From the NCBI GenBank assembly GCA_963822445.1, contig CAWGHO010000001.1, positions 480,001 through 544,000 on the forward strand: DNA of 64,000 bases. The letters run 5' to 3'. Position 1 is the stretch's first letter; every line of letters starts with the position of its first letter. The notes beneath the pieces were generated by a model, which was not told where the DNA came from, did no database searches, and saw nothing but the letters and a program-made list of their open reading frames with translations. The position numbers and the translations under genes are program-made. This DNA is from an uncultured Acidobacteriota bacterium. Its GTDB lineage: Bacteria; Acidobacteriota; Thermoanaerobaculia; Gp7-AA8. Shown piece after piece: positions 47,811 through 59,046 of this stretch.

Positions 47811-48275
47811 ATGAGCCTGAAACGAGACATCAAGCAGAAACGGCCGTTTCGCAGCCTGCAGGAAGAGGTGATCCTTTCCATGAACCGCACCGCGGATCAG
47901 CTCGCCGGGCCTGTCTCGGAGGTTCTGCGCGGGGCGAACCTGAGCCTGTCGCAGTACAACGTGCTGCGGATCCTGCGCGGTGCGGGCGAGGAAGCGCTGG
48001 CGTGCGGCGAGATTGCCGAACGGATGATCCGCCGCGATCCGGATCTCACCCGACTGCTCGACAAACTCGAAGCGCGCGGACTCGTCACGCGCTCGCGGGG
48101 AACGAGCGACCGCCGCGTGGTGCGCGCGGCGATCGCCCCGGCTGGTCTGCGTCTTCTGGAGTCGCTCGATGACCTCATCGACAAAACGACGAAGAAGACG
48201 CTGTCGCACATGTCCACCGATCGGCTGAAGCTGTTGTCCGAGCTCCTCGACGAAGCTCGGACCTCAGCCGACTGA
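47811..48275 (+). CDS. MarR family regulator
   Basis: LSLSQYNVLRILRG, TRLLDKLEARGLV and DRR; TATAGT 6 nt before the ATG. Confidence 0.92.
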   Translation: MSLKRDIKQKRPFRSLQEEVILSMNRTADQLAGPVSEVLRGANLSLSQYNVLRILRGAGEEALACGEIAERMIRRDPDLTRLLDKLEARGLVTRSRGTSDRRVVRAAIAPAGLRLLESLDDLIDKTTKKTLSHMSTDRLKLLSELLDEARTSAD

Positions 48276-48287
48276 CATGGTTCTCCG

Positions 48288-50114
48288 TTACTGCGCGATC
48301 ACCAGCTCCACCCGCCGGTTCTGCTGACGGCCCGCTGGTGTGTCGTTGGTAGCAACCGGCGACGTCTCCCCCATCCCGGTGACCGTCATCCGATTGGCTG
48401 GAATGCCGCGGCTGACCAGGTAAGAGCGCACGGCCTCAGCGCGTTTTTCGGACAGCGACTGATTGAGCGAGTCGCTGCCCACGCTGTCGGTATGACCTTC
48501 GATGGTGATCGTGAGCTGATCGTTGACGCGCAGCTGATCGGCGATCTTCGAAAGCGTGTTGCGCGCTCCCGCTTTCAACGCCGATTTGCCGGAATCGAAG
48601 AACAGACCAGGCAGCGTGACGATGAATCCACGCTCGGTCGTTTTCGTCGCCGCGAGTTTCGACAGCTCTTCCTGCATCCTGGCGATCCGATCCGCGCTCG
48701 CGGCGTCGCGCCGTGAAAGCTCTTCCCGCGCACGAGCCAGTTCCGCCTCGGTCTCCGCGGCGCGGCTGCGCTCGACCGCAATCTGCTGACGAAGCGCCTC
48801 GGCCTGACTCTCGGCCTCGGACCGCTTGCGTTCCGCTTCCGCGATCGCCGCGGCCCGCGCGGTCTCCGCTTCCACGCGCCGGCGATTGCTTTCCTCGCGC
48901 TCGGCCTGCAGACGTGTGAGCTCCTCGCGTTGCGTGCGCAACTCGCTTTCGCGTTGGGCGATCACGTCCTGGTTCAGGCGTCCGTCGCTCCGCTCCTTGT
49001 CCAGCGCGGTCTCGAGCGTTTTGATCTGACTCTCCAGCGAGGCCTCGCTGGCCTGCTCGCGCGCCTGAATGGTGCGCAAGGCCAGCGACTGGTCTTCGAC
49101 CTGCCGGCGCAACATCTCCACTTCCGCGCTGCTCGCACCACGCTCGGCGAGAGCGGTCTGATAGCGCGCGACGACGTCGTCGAGGGTTCGCTCGGCGGCG
49201 ATGCGCGCGTCGCGGTCCGCCTGAAGACGCGTCCGAAATTCGGCTTCACTCGACGCGACCTGCTGGCGCAAGCGGTCCAGCTCCGCCTGTTCCATCTGCC
49301 TGCTGCGCGACTCGGCCTCGAGCCGCTGCCGCAGTTCGGCCGCCTGACGCTCGGCTTCGACCCGGCGAGCTTGTTCCTCGCGAGCTCGCGCGTCGGCCGC
49401 GAGTTGCGCGAGGCGCGTGCGCTCGGCGCGAAATTCAGGAAGGCGCGGCCCGATGGCGTTGCGACGGGCCAGGTATTCGGCGCGGCGCGCCATCATTTCA
49501 GCCATGAAAGCGAGGTGATCGGCACCTTCGTGCTGGGTTTTGCTTCGCGCCAGCATGCGGGCCGTTTTCAGGATGTCCCCCGCACGGTCGAGATCGGCCT
49601 GAGCGACCGAGTTGCCGCCGGCGGCGCGCGCCGCGGCGAGCGCGTTCTCCGCGACGATGACGCGATCGAGGGACGTCGCCCCGCGACTGGACAGCGCCGG
49701 CGGGTCGTACAACTGGACCGGGCGGACCGTGCCGCCGAGGGTTCCGATTTCCGTCGTCAGGGTCCGAATCTCGCGATTCGCCGATACGAGCAGAGCCAGC
49801 GCTTCCGCCGCGCCCGCGGCAGCGCCCGCTTCGATCGCACGAAGCGCCGCCAGGCGGCGGTCGTCAGCGTCGTTGTTGTTCCAATTGGAGCGGGCGACGT
49901 TCAGCCGCCGCTCTGCTTCCTCATACAGCTCTCTCGCAAGCTCCGGCGCATCCGCCGCCCGCGCCGCGGCCAATGCGGCCTCGGCAATGGTCACGTGCGA
50001 CTGCGCTGTTGCCTTCTCGCGGTCCGTCGTCGACTGGGCACCCGCCGGGATTGCCGGCGAGAGAGCCATGAGAACCGCGCAAATTACGCTTACCAGGCTC
50101 GTTTTCAGGTTCAT
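48288..50114 (-). CDS. OmpA-like peptidoglycan-binding protein with DUF4398-like repeats and a long coiled coil
   Basis: Signal peptide; FDSGKS, IEGHTDSVG, NQSLSEKRA and NRRVE. Confidence 0.9.
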   Translation of the reverse strand: MNLKTSLVSVICAVLMALSPAIPAGAQSTTDREKATAQSHVTIAEAALAAARAADAPELARELYEEAERRLNVARSNWNNNDADDRRLAALRAIEAGAAAGAAEALALLVSANREIRTLTTEIGTLGGTVRPVQLYDPPALSSRGATSLDRVIVAENALAAARAAGGNSVAQADLDRAGDILKTARMLARSKTQHEGADHLAFMAEMMARRAEYLARRNAIGPRLPEFRAERTRLAQLAADARAREEQARRVEAERQAAELRQRLEAESRSRQMEQAELDRLRQQVASSEAEFRTRLQADRDARIAAERTLDDVVARYQTALAERGASSAEVEMLRRQVEDQSLALRTIQAREQASEASLESQIKTLETALDKERSDGRLNQDVIAQRESELRTQREELTRLQAEREESNRRRVEAETARAAAIAEAERKRSEAESQAEALRQQIAVERSRAAETEAELARAREELSRRDAASADRIARMQEELSKLAATKTTERGFIVTLPGLFFDSGKSALKAGARNTLSKIADQLRVNDQLTITIEGHTDSVGSDSLNQSLSEKRAEAVRSYLVSRGIPANRMTVTGMGETSPVATNDTPAGRQQNRRVELVIAQ

Positions 50115-50269
50115 ATCGTTTCCTTCTCCAGCGCCGCATGGCGCCGGCTGTTACACCGGCTCTGAGCGTTGCAAGATCCGGGCGGGAAATGACTTACAGC
50201 TGCCCGAGGCGGGCCGGCACGCAGCCTGAACCGCGGCTGCTACAATCCGCTCCCCTCTCGGGAACCGCC

Positions 50270-52252
50270 ATGCCGAAGTTCTACCTCACCACAGCGATTC
50301 ACTACGTCAACGACGACCCGCACATCGGGCACATGTACGAGAACATCGTCGGCGACGTCATAGCCCGTCATCGACGGCGCATGGGGGACGATGTCCGCTT
50401 TCTGACAGGCACCGATGAGCATGGGCAGAAGATCGAGCGCGCCGCGGCGAAGGAAGGGATCTCGCCGATCGAGCTCGCCGACCGCGTCGTGAAGACCCAT
50501 CACGCCCTGTGGGAAAAGCTCGGCATCAGCCACGACGACTTCATTCGCACGACCGAGTCGCGGCATCGCATCGGCGTGCTCGAGATGATCCGCCGCATTC
50601 AGGAGCGGAATCCCGAGGACATTTATCTCGGGGAGCACTCCGGCTGGTATTGCCAGAGCGAAGAGACCTTCATCCCCGAAAATCAGGTGAAGGCCGCCCG
50701 CGAGGGCGTATCTGACGCCACGGACGCGGACGGGCACAAGGTCGAGTGGACGACCGAGCGGAATTACTTCTTCAAGCTCTCCCGCTACACGAAGCCGCTC
50801 CTCGAGCACTATCGCGCGAATCCGCAATTCGTCTGGCCGCCGACGCGTCTCAATGAAGTGGTGACGTTCGTCGAGCAGGGTCTGCGTGATCTGTCGATCT
50901 CGCGCAGCTCGATCAAATGGGGCATCCCCTTCCCGGGCAATCCCGATCACGTGATCTACGTCTGGATGGACGCGCTGACGAATTACATCGCCGCGCTCGG
51001 TTTCGGCAGCGCGCAGCACGATCTGTTCGATCGGTACTGGCCGGCGGACATTCATCTCATCGGCAAGGACATCATCCGGTTCCACGCCGTCTACTGGCCG
51101 GCGTTCCTGATGGCGGCCGGCGTCGAGCTGCCGAAGCGCGTCGTCGGCCACGGGTTCTGGCTTCGCGATCAGCAGAAGATCTCGAAGTCGCTGGGCAACG
51201 TCGTGCGTCCGTACAACATCCTCGAGGACTTCGGCGCGGACGCGCTGCGCTACTACGTCACGCGGGAGATGGTCTTCGGCCAGGATCAGGACTATTCGGA
51301 CGAATCACTCCTCACCCGCTACAACGCCGACCTCGCCAACGGCCTCGGCAACGCTTTGTCGCGGGCGATCACCATGGCCAACAGCTACTTCGACGGAAAG
51401 ACGCCGCCGGAGCGCTGCTTCGACAACGAGTTGCGGACCAAGGCCGAGGAGGTCGTGCCGCGCTATCTGCAGTCGATGGACGACCTCGGCTTTCAACGCG
51501 CGCTCGAGGCGGCGTGGGAGCTCGTGGGCGCGATCGATCGTTACATCGTCACGCGCGAACCGTGGAAGCACTTCAAACAACAAGGCGCCGACCGGGCCCT
51601 GGCCCGGATCATCTGGAGCACGCTCGAGGCCCTTCGGATCGTCTGCGTGATGACCGCGCCGTTCATGCCGGTGTCGTCGCGCGAGGCGTTGTCGCGGCTG
51701 GGAGCGGATCCGGAAGAGATCGGGGCCACGGCCTTGCGTTGGGGCCTGCTTCCGGCGAACGCGCCGGTGAGAGTCGGCGAGTCGATCTTTCCGCGCGTCG
51801 ACGTCGCCAAATACATCGGAGATCAAACGAAAATGAGCGAAAGCACCCCTGAACCGCCGGCTCAACCAATTCAAGCAGCGCCTCAAGCGGCGCCGATCGA
51901 AACGACCCAGGCCGTGCCGCCGGATGTCGCCAAGATCGGGATCGACCAGTTCATGCAGACTGATCTGCGCGTGGCGGAGATCCGGGCCGCAGAGCGCGTG
52001 CCGAAGTCGAAGAAGCTCATCAAGATGTCGGTCTTCACCGGCGACGGTGAGCGGACGATCGTCGCGGGCATCGGGACGAAGTACACGCCCGAGGAACTGT
52101 TGGGGCGCAAGGTCGTGATCGTGGCGAACCTGCAGCCGGCGACGCTGATGGGTGTCGAATCGAACGGGATGGTGCTGGCCGCGTCGATCGACGGCGAGCC
52201 CAGCCTGGTGAGTGTCGATCCCGGCGTTCCGGCGGGAACGAAAGTCCGCTGA
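50270..52252 (+). CDS. metG: Methionine--tRNA ligase with a C-terminal tRNA-binding domain
   Basis: PHIGH, TGTDEHG, YVWMDAL, GKDIIRFHAVYWP, KISKSLGN and an OB-fold tail. Confidence 0.97.
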   Translation: MPKFYLTTAIHYVNDDPHIGHMYENIVGDVIARHRRRMGDDVRFLTGTDEHGQKIERAAAKEGISPIELADRVVKTHHALWEKLGISHDDFIRTTESRHRIGVLEMIRRIQERNPEDIYLGEHSGWYCQSEETFIPENQVKAAREGVSDATDADGHKVEWTTERNYFFKLSRYTKPLLEHYRANPQFVWPPTRLNEVVTFVEQGLRDLSISRSSIKWGIPFPGNPDHVIYVWMDALTNYIAALGFGSAQHDLFDRYWPADIHLIGKDIIRFHAVYWPAFLMAAGVELPKRVVGHGFWLRDQQKISKSLGNVVRPYNILEDFGADALRYYVTREMVFGQDQDYSDESLLTRYNADLANGLGNALSRAITMANSYFDGKTPPERCFDNELRTKAEEVVPRYLQSMDDLGFQRALEAAWELVGAIDRYIVTREPWKHFKQQGADRALARIIWSTLEALRIVCVMTAPFMPVSSREALSRLGADPEEIGATALRWGLLPANAPVRVGESIFPRVDVAKYIGDQTKMSESTPEPPAQPIQAAPQAAPIETTQAVPPDVAKIGIDQFMQTDLRVAEIRAAERVPKSKKLIKMSVFTGDGERTIVAGIGTKYTPEELLGRKVVIVANLQPATLMGVESNGMVLAASIDGEPSLVSVDPGVPAGTKVR

Positions 52253-52360
52253 CCTTCCACAAAATAGTGGTGACGTAACGGGTCCGCGGACCTACATTGG
52301 CAGCTGTCGCTGCAATGTGGATTTTGGCAGCGACCCAGCCGCCGCGCTCGTGCGCGATGT

Positions 52361-52396
52361 CCCGCTTCCCCTGGCCAGGGAAGCGGGTTTTTGTTT
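52361..52396 (+). terminator. Rho-independent terminator between metG and rhs
   Basis: CCCGCTTCCC-CTGGCCA-GGGAAGCGGG-TTTTTGTTT. Confidence 0.8.
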
Positions 52397-52513
52397 GCGC
52401 GTGAAAAGCGAAACGCCTCCGCCGAAAGTGCCAATACGCAGGTCCGGCCTCCGTCTCTACGAGCGAATACCGCCGATCGCGGTGTCGCCGCTCGCATGGA
52501 GAGGAAAATTTCA

Positions 52514-55500
52514 ATGGTCCGTCTGCGCCGCATCATCGCCGCCGTTCCGTCGCGTTCACCTGTCACGCAAGTTCGTACCATGGCCATCGCGCTCGGTCTT
52601 CTCTGGGCTGTGGCGACGGCGCCGGATGTACAGGCCGTCTGCCAGACTCCCCCTCAGGTAGGGGTCTCGGTGAGCGGCGATCTGAACGGCCAGGTGACGG
52701 CCCAAGTCACTTACAGTTTTCCGGACACCGAGGGCGCCGGGCACCGCCATCTCTCGCTGAGCGTCAAGCGAGACGGCGATACAGCGGGCGCCTTTCTCGG
52801 GGCGATACAGCCCGAGCAAATCTCCGGAGTGTGGGAGGTCAGCCACAGCCTCTCCTGCTCGCCACCCGGAACGTATGTTTACACCGCGCAGGCCATTTCC
52901 TGTGGCAAGGCCGATCTCAAGAGAGAGGCGACGGATTCGTATGAGCTCATTACCCAGACCACAGGGGACATCACGTACGACGGCCCCGACGATCTAAGCC
53001 ACGGCACCGTCACCGTCGACTACAACTTTCCGAACACTTCGGCGGACTCGCACCGGTTTCTCTCGCATCGCGTCATCGACCCCGACGGCTTCTCAGGTCT
53101 TGGTCCTTCGCTGCACCCGACCCAGCAACAAGGCCAGTGGATCTTCCCCTTCAACATGGCCTGTCGACGCAGCGGGACGTACATCCACGAGATCACCGCG
53201 CGTCATTGCAACGGACAGGTCGTGACCAAGACCGACGTCGCGGTCGTCCAGGCTACGCCAACGATCTCCGTCTCGGCCGAGGGTCCGGATCCGACAGGCA
53301 ACGTAGTGGTGACCATGGACTTCGGCTTTCCGAACACCGATGCTCCCGGCTATCGACATCTGCAACCCTGGATCGAAACGGAATCCGGGACGATCGCGAT
53401 GCAGGGGTTTCCACCCGAGCAGCAATACGGTCAGTACATCTTCACGTACAACGCGGCGTGCTTCGTGGGCGAGCTCACATTCGTGGGCGAAGTGCGGAGT
53501 TGCAATGGCGAAACAGCGCAGGCTCGCGACTCGGTGACGATCGATCCGAAACCGAGCGTATCGCTCTCGTATTCGGAGCAGAACGGCGGCGTTGCGTCAG
53601 TGACGTATGACTTCCCGAACACCAATCATCACGTGCAGAGGCTGCTGGAGCTATACATCGACGACGCCTTCGCCGGCGCTTACGAAGCACCATCGACAAA
53701 CGGCGTCTGGTCGCCCACGGTCGGAACGTGCTGGAAAAAGCTACGGGTCGTGGCCACGGCTTGTGGCCAGCGCGGAAACGACGAGTTCACCGCCGAGGAC
53801 GAGATCGAGCAAGAGGACAAGACCAAGGATGCGGTCTCGGTGGCGCTTCTCAAGGTCAGCGACACGGACATTCAGGCAACCATTACCTGGCACGATGTAA
53901 TCGCCGGGGGCACGATCAAGCTCGAGCTTCAGAACTGGACGAACCCTGCCGGACAGGAGATCCCGGGCGGACCATTGACGACCTTCACGGCTACGACGGC
54001 CAGTGGCACGCACGTGTTCACATTCTCCAGACCTCCAGGAGCCCGGCAACTGAAAGTGCTGGCCACAGCTCCCACAGCGTGCGGGCCTGCGACCGACGAC
54101 GCCTGGATCGAGTGCGGCTGCGAAGACGCCACGCTCAACCCGGTGTATTGGAGCGACGGGAACATGAGACTGACCGATGGCGAGCCGTTGCCGGCCATCG
54201 GCGGGCATGGGCTCACCCGGACGTATGACAGCGACGAACAGCTCGGCGGCCTGTTCGGCCGCGGATGGACCACGCTCTTCGAGCAGCGTCTCATCACCCA
54301 CGACGACGGTGCGATCTCGATCCTGAGCGCCACCAACGAGGCTGTGACTTTTCGCCCGGCGGCAGGGTCGTTCCGGCAGACGTGGCCACGGTCCCAATCG
54401 CCGGGGACGCTCGCCCATGATGCTGCGGCGGGAACGTTCACATACCGAGCTCCCGGTTCCACGGAAACGGCAATCTTCCGCGCCGCCGATGGCCGGCTTC
54501 TGACGCTGCGCGACGCAGCGAACGCCCGCGAGGCGGTGATCGCGTACGACGCGCAGGGCCGGCCTTCGACATTCACCGACGCTGTGACCGGTGTGACGTG
54601 GAACCTGACCATCAACGCGCAACGGAGAGTCACGTCCATCGGCGTGGCCTCCCATCCGGAACTGACCTGGACCTATTCGTACGACGCGAACGGCAACCTG
54701 CTGTCGGTATTCGCGCCCGGGAATGCGGTCTGGCGAACCTACGAATACGAAAACGATTGGATGACGGCGTCGTACGACGCACTGGGCAACCTCATCGAAA
54801 GTCATACCTACGACGCGGAAGGCCGCGCCATCACGTCCACGGGCGACGGCGATGAGATCGCGAACATCGAATATGGCTTGCCCGGCGCGACTGCCGGAGA
54901 ACGAGTGACTCGCGTGACGTACAAGACCGGCGCAACGGCCGAGTACGCGCTTCGGGCCGTGGGTGGTGCGTGGCGGGCCGTGTCCGTGCGTGGCAGCTGC
55001 GCGAGTTGCGGAGCGGACGAAGCCACGTACGTCCGCGACACGCAGGGCCGTGCGATTCGCCAGCAAGGAGCGGACGGCTACATTCAGGCCACCACCTACG
55101 CCGGCGATCGGGTCCAGTCCAGGGAGCGGGCGTTGAAGCCGGCGGGCTGCGATCCGCAGACTGACCCGCAACGTTGCCGACTGGGACCGGATGCATTGGC
55201 GACGGCATTGCTCGAGCCGACCGCGGCAACGGTCGAGACTACCTACGAATACAGCGATTCACGGTGGCCCGACAGAATCACGGCAAGAACGACCCCAAGC
55301 GTCCGCGCGCCCGCGAATCAGCGCCGCGAGGAGTACACCTACCATCCCGTGACAGGAGCGGGCAACAGCGCGACCGTCCGCGGCTGGGCGGATGAAGAAG
55401 AGCCGGAAATCGATCGCGTCACGCGGACGTCGTTCTACGGCGACGTGCCGGCGTGCGGCCAGGAGCCGTGTCCACCATCCGATCCCCATGCTCCGGCCTT

Positions 55501-58402
55501 TGCACCGGGCGGCTCGTTCCAGAGTGCGTGGCTCGCACTGCCGCAGCCATCGCATCTGCCGAAAGCGATCGACGGCTCGCGCACGGATGTGCAGGACATC
55601 ACTGCGCGAGTGTATTACCCGATCGATGCGTCCGTCCCGGCATTGCTTCGCGGGCGACTGGCGGCGACGAAAAACGCGGCCGGACACATCACTCGCTACG
55701 AGGGTTATGACGTCTTCGGCAACGTCACCCGGATCGTCGATCCGAACGGCGTGGTCACCGAAATGACTTTCGACACCCTCGGCCGGCTGTCCACATCGAC
55801 GACCAGAGGTGTGGCGGGCTGCAACACCACGGACGATCCTCTGTGCGCCACGGACCTCACCGTCACGCGCGCGTATGCCTCTGTTGTCGGACCATTGCGG
55901 CTGGAACGGGCACCCGGCGGCGGCGTGACGGTCTATACCTACGATGCGCGCGGCCGCGTGCAGACGATCTCGCGCGGCCCGTCCGAGAGTGACCTGCGCG
56001 AACAGATCGAAACGAGCTACGACGCGCTGACCGGCAAGAAGAGCATCGAGCGGACGCTGGCCCGTGAGGCGGGAACGTGGGTCGAGAAACGGCGCCAGTC
56101 GTTCTCGTACGACGGGCAGGCGCGATTGCAGACCGTCACTCACGCGGACGGCGCCGCGATCCACTACACGTACGACTCCGCGGATCGCCTCGCGGGAGTC
56201 CGCGATGAAAATCATGCGGCTCCCAACACGCTCTATGCGTACGACCCCGCTGGACGAATGGCAACCGTGACGCAGACGCTCGCCAACGCACCGGGCGGCG
56301 TCATCACCACACGCTATTCATATGACACGCATGACAACCTGACCACGGTCACCGACCCGAATGGAAACGTCACCAGCTACGTGTACGACGATTTCGGTCA
56401 GATGGCTTCGCAACACAGTCCTGTCACCGGGACGACCGCCTACGCCTACGACACTGCCGGAAATCCGACGCAAGTGGTCGACGCGAACGGAGCCGTGACG
56501 ACGCGCACGTACGACGTCCTGAACCGAGTCACGACCGCCACATCCACCTTGGCTCCCGTGTCAGAAGTCGTGTCTTGGTCCTATGACGACCCGACGACCG
56601 GACGCTTTGCCATCGGCCGGCTGGCGACAATGGGAGATCCCAGCGGCCTGACGGCGTACAGCTACGACCGGCGCGGCTTGCTGCGGCTCGAGACGCACGC
56701 GATGCTCGACTCGACCTTCGTGCAGACCTATGGATATGACGCGAACGGCAATCGAACCTCCATCGGTTATCCGTCCGGCCGTGTCGTGACGTATGTGTTC
56801 GACAATGCCGGACGACCGATCGCGGCCACGGGCACGGCCGCGGGACAGGTCACTCCCTACGTCACGGGCGCGGCCTACCTGCCGTTCGGCCCGATGACCT
56901 CGCTGACCCTCGGCAACGGCACCACCGAAACACGAACGTACAACACGCGATACCTGCCGCTGGCGAACCGCCTGGCCTACGGTGCGACGACGATCGCTCA
57001 CTACACGCATCAGACCGATCCGGCCGGCAACATCACCGCCATCACCGACCTGATGCAGCCGACTTACAGCCGCACGTTCGGGTACGACGATCTCCATCGG
57101 CTGACAGTCGCAAATACTGGCGCCTCGCTGTGGGGCACTGGATCGTACTCGTATGACCGGATGGGCAACATGCTCTCGGCAACGCTCGGCGGCAACCCGA
57201 GAACGTTCTCACACCAGGGCACGACACCGCGGATTGCCACGGCCACGGGCTTGGGAGGATCGATGGCGTACGACGCCGCGGGTAACGAGTTGAAGAGTCC
57301 GGCCGGCGATCCGGAGGACGGCTCACCGGCTGCCTCGTATTCGCCCCGTAACCTGCTGCAGTCGCAGTTCGTACGCGCTTATGACCGCTGCTATGAGGAG
57401 CAAGGCAGCGCATGTATCCAACCCGACCCCGTGCAGGAGTGGCGATCGAACGTTTACGACGGCCGCGGCGTGCGCGTGCAGTCGACCAGGACCATCATCA
57501 GCCTCGGCTCGATCACCATCGAGGATCCGCCGCCGGCGGAGCTGTTCTTTTACACGCCTGAGTTGAAGATGCTGAACGTCGTGTCTCCCACCTACGGCCG
57601 CGTGGCCGACGTGATCTGGTTCGGATCACGGCCCGTCGCGGATCATGATGAGAGCACGGTCCGCTACACCTTCACCGATCATCTCGACACGCCAATCCTT
57701 CAGACCGTGTCCAACGGCGCGGTGGTATGGCGCGTGGAGTACGAACCCTTCGGCAATGTTTACGCTCTACGCGCCGGCGACGCCGCCGACGACCAACCCC
57801 TCCGCTTCCCCGGCCAGCAGGTCGCGTACAACACTGGCTCCGGAGAGGAGACCTACAACGTCTTCCGGTGGTACCGGAGCGGGTGGGGGCGGTATACGCA
57901 GGCGGATCCGATTGGAATCCACGGAGGTCTAAATCTCTACGCATATGTGAACGGCCAACCCACAGCTCATACCGATCGTTTCGGCCTCGCGGGCGACCTC
58001 GCTATGGAAACGATTAGCCCGGTCGCGCAATTGCTGGCGCACCTGCTCGACACGTTCTATGAAGACATCCAGAAACGGCGGGCTGACGGTCACCAGCGTT
58101 TCCCGGGCGAAGAGAACTCCAGAATGCGACACTGCACCGTAAGCTGCGAAGCCGCACAGTTTTGGGGTAAGCCGTTAGTTCGATTTGCTGGTGGCGCAAA
58201 CGAAATTCAAGGGTTTGTGCGCTGGGACATTCTCAATATCTGGAGCCGGATCACCGGGAAATCACCTTGGGCATTCCAGTTCGACGATCTCGCGAACAAC
58301 GAGCAGGGCTTCGCCTGCGTGGATCGGCTTGCGTCAGGTAACGACAAGCAGTGCACGACCTGTGAAGAGTGCTGCGCCGGAAAGTGCTGCGGTAACAAAT
58401 GA
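52514..58402 (+). CDS. RHS/YD-repeat polymorphic toxin with signal peptide and N-terminal beta repeats
   Basis: GGAGAGG SD; RTYDS..FGRGW (DUF6531-like), many YD repeats, PLRFPGQ and DPIG..GGLNLYAYV...DRFGL core, variable C-terminus. Confidence 0.93.
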   Translation: MVRLRRIIAAVPSRSPVTQVRTMAIALGLLWAVATAPDVQAVCQTPPQVGVSVSGDLNGQVTAQVTYSFPDTEGAGHRHLSLSVKRDGDTAGAFLGAIQPEQISGVWEVSHSLSCSPPGTYVYTAQAISCGKADLKREATDSYELITQTTGDITYDGPDDLSHGTVTVDYNFPNTSADSHRFLSHRVIDPDGFSGLGPSLHPTQQQGQWIFPFNMACRRSGTYIHEITARHCNGQVVTKTDVAVVQATPTISVSAEGPDPTGNVVVTMDFGFPNTDAPGYRHLQPWIETESGTIAMQGFPPEQQYGQYIFTYNAACFVGELTFVGEVRSCNGETAQARDSVTIDPKPSVSLSYSEQNGGVASVTYDFPNTNHHVQRLLELYIDDAFAGAYEAPSTNGVWSPTVGTCWKKLRVVATACGQRGNDEFTAEDEIEQEDKTKDAVSVALLKVSDTDIQATITWHDVIAGGTIKLELQNWTNPAGQEIPGGPLTTFTATTASGTHVFTFSRPPGARQLKVLATAPTACGPATDDAWIECGCEDATLNPVYWSDGNMRLTDGEPLPAIGGHGLTRTYDSDEQLGGLFGRGWTTLFEQRLITHDDGAISILSATNEAVTFRPAAGSFRQTWPRSQSPGTLAHDAAAGTFTYRAPGSTETAIFRAADGRLLTLRDAANAREAVIAYDAQGRPSTFTDAVTGVTWNLTINAQRRVTSIGVASHPELTWTYSYDANGNLLSVFAPGNAVWRTYEYENDWMTASYDALGNLIESHTYDAEGRAITSTGDGDEIANIEYGLPGATAGERVTRVTYKTGATAEYALRAVGGAWRAVSVRGSCASCGADEATYVRDTQGRAIRQQGADGYIQATTYAGDRVQSRERALKPAGCDPQTDPQRCRLGPDALATALLEPTAATVETTYEYSDSRWPDRITARTTPSVRAPANQRREEYTYHPVTGAGNSATVRGWADEEEPEIDRVTRTSFYGDVPACGQEPCPPSDPHAPAFAPGGSFQSAWLALPQPSHLPKAIDGSRTDVQDITARVYYPIDASVPALLRGRLAATKNAAGHITRYEGYDVFGNVTRIVDPNGVVTEMTFDTLGRLSTSTTRGVAGCNTTDDPLCATDLTVTRAYASVVGPLRLERAPGGGVTVYTYDARGRVQTISRGPSESDLREQIETSYDALTGKKSIERTLAREAGTWVEKRRQSFSYDGQARLQTVTHADGAAIHYTYDSADRLAGVRDENHAAPNTLYAYDPAGRMATVTQTLANAPGGVITTRYSYDTHDNLTTVTDPNGNVTSYVYDDFGQMASQHSPVTGTTAYAYDTAGNPTQVVDANGAVTTRTYDVLNRVTTATSTLAPVSEVVSWSYDDPTTGRFAIGRLATMGDPSGLTAYSYDRRGLLRLETHAMLDSTFVQTYGYDANGNRTSIGYPSGRVVTYVFDNAGRPIAATGTAAGQVTPYVTGAAYLPFGPMTSLTLGNGTTETRTYNTRYLPLANRLAYGATTIAHYTHQTDPAGNITAITDLMQPTYSRTFGYDDLHRLTVANTGASLWGTGSYSYDRMGNMLSATLGGNPRTFSHQGTTPRIATATGLGGSMAYDAAGNELKSPAGDPEDGSPAASYSPRNLLQSQFVRAYDRCYEEQGSACIQPDPVQEWRSNVYDGRGVRVQSTRTIISLGSITIEDPPPAELFFYTPELKMLNVVSPTYGRVADVIWFGSRPVADHDESTVRYTFTDHLDTPILQTVSNGAVVWRVEYEPFGNVYALRAGDAADDQPLRFPGQQVAYNTGSGEETYNVFRWYRSGWGRYTQADPIGIHGGLNLYAYVNGQPTAHTDRFGLAGDLAMETISPVAQLLAHLLDTFYEDIQKRRADGHQRFPGEENSRMRHCTVSCEAAQFWGKPLVRFAGGANEIQGFVRWDILNIWSRITGKSPWAFQFDDLANNEQGFACVDRLASGNDKQCTTCEECCAGKCCGNK

Positions 58403-58746
58403 GAGTTATCCTCAGTCTTGCGTTCGCTACGCTCCTCGCTTGTTCGGATGCGAAGCCGAGCCAGGAAGATCAGCGCCGAGAAGCACTGCTTGAGCAGCAG
58501 TATGGTGCGGAGTATGACTTTCGCCTCGAGGACGTCTATATCGTCGCGACGCGCCGGTCTGGTGAACCCACCCACCGTGAAGCAGCCGCGATCAGCAAGG
58601 CTTTTTGGTCCGACACAACTGGTCAGCTCCGCAGTGATACGACGATGACGTACCTCAATATGCACGGTCCAGCGGGATTTCAGTTCCAGGCGTACTACGA
58701 TCGAAAGTCGGGTGAACTGAAGTTTGCGACCACCGAGCACTACTGA
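58399..58746 (+). CDS. Putative immunity lipoprotein
   Basis: ATGA overlap with the RHS stop; lipobox LLAC. Confidence 0.75.
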   Translation: MRVILSLAFATLLACSDAKPSQEDQRREALLEQQYGAEYDFRLEDVYIVATRRSGEPTHREAAAISKAFWSDTTGQLRSDTTMTYLNMHGPAGFQFQAYYDRKSGELKFATTEHY

Positions 58747-59046
58747 TGGCGAAGAGAGATGTAACAAGCATGTGCAGGGTGTCCAAATGGGGATCTGTCA
58801 TATTTTTCCTCCGCGAAGGTTGGTGGTTCTGACTCACCGATGTCCATCCGAGACAGGGCAGTGACGTGCTTGACGAAGCGTCGTCGCGAGATTGACTAAC
58901 TGCCCGAGGTGATGAGCAAGACCAAGGTGTCCTGGTTCGTCGAAAGCACCCAAGGACGATAGAAACTCGCAATCTGATCGCCAACCGGCTCGACGATCCC
59001 GTTCCCTTCCACCACCGCCCTTCCTCCCCTCCGCTAAACTCCCTCC

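Noticed and set aside
50270-52252. metG KISKS variant and single-Cys knuckle as a novelty
   Set aside because: Within the known variation of MetRS families.
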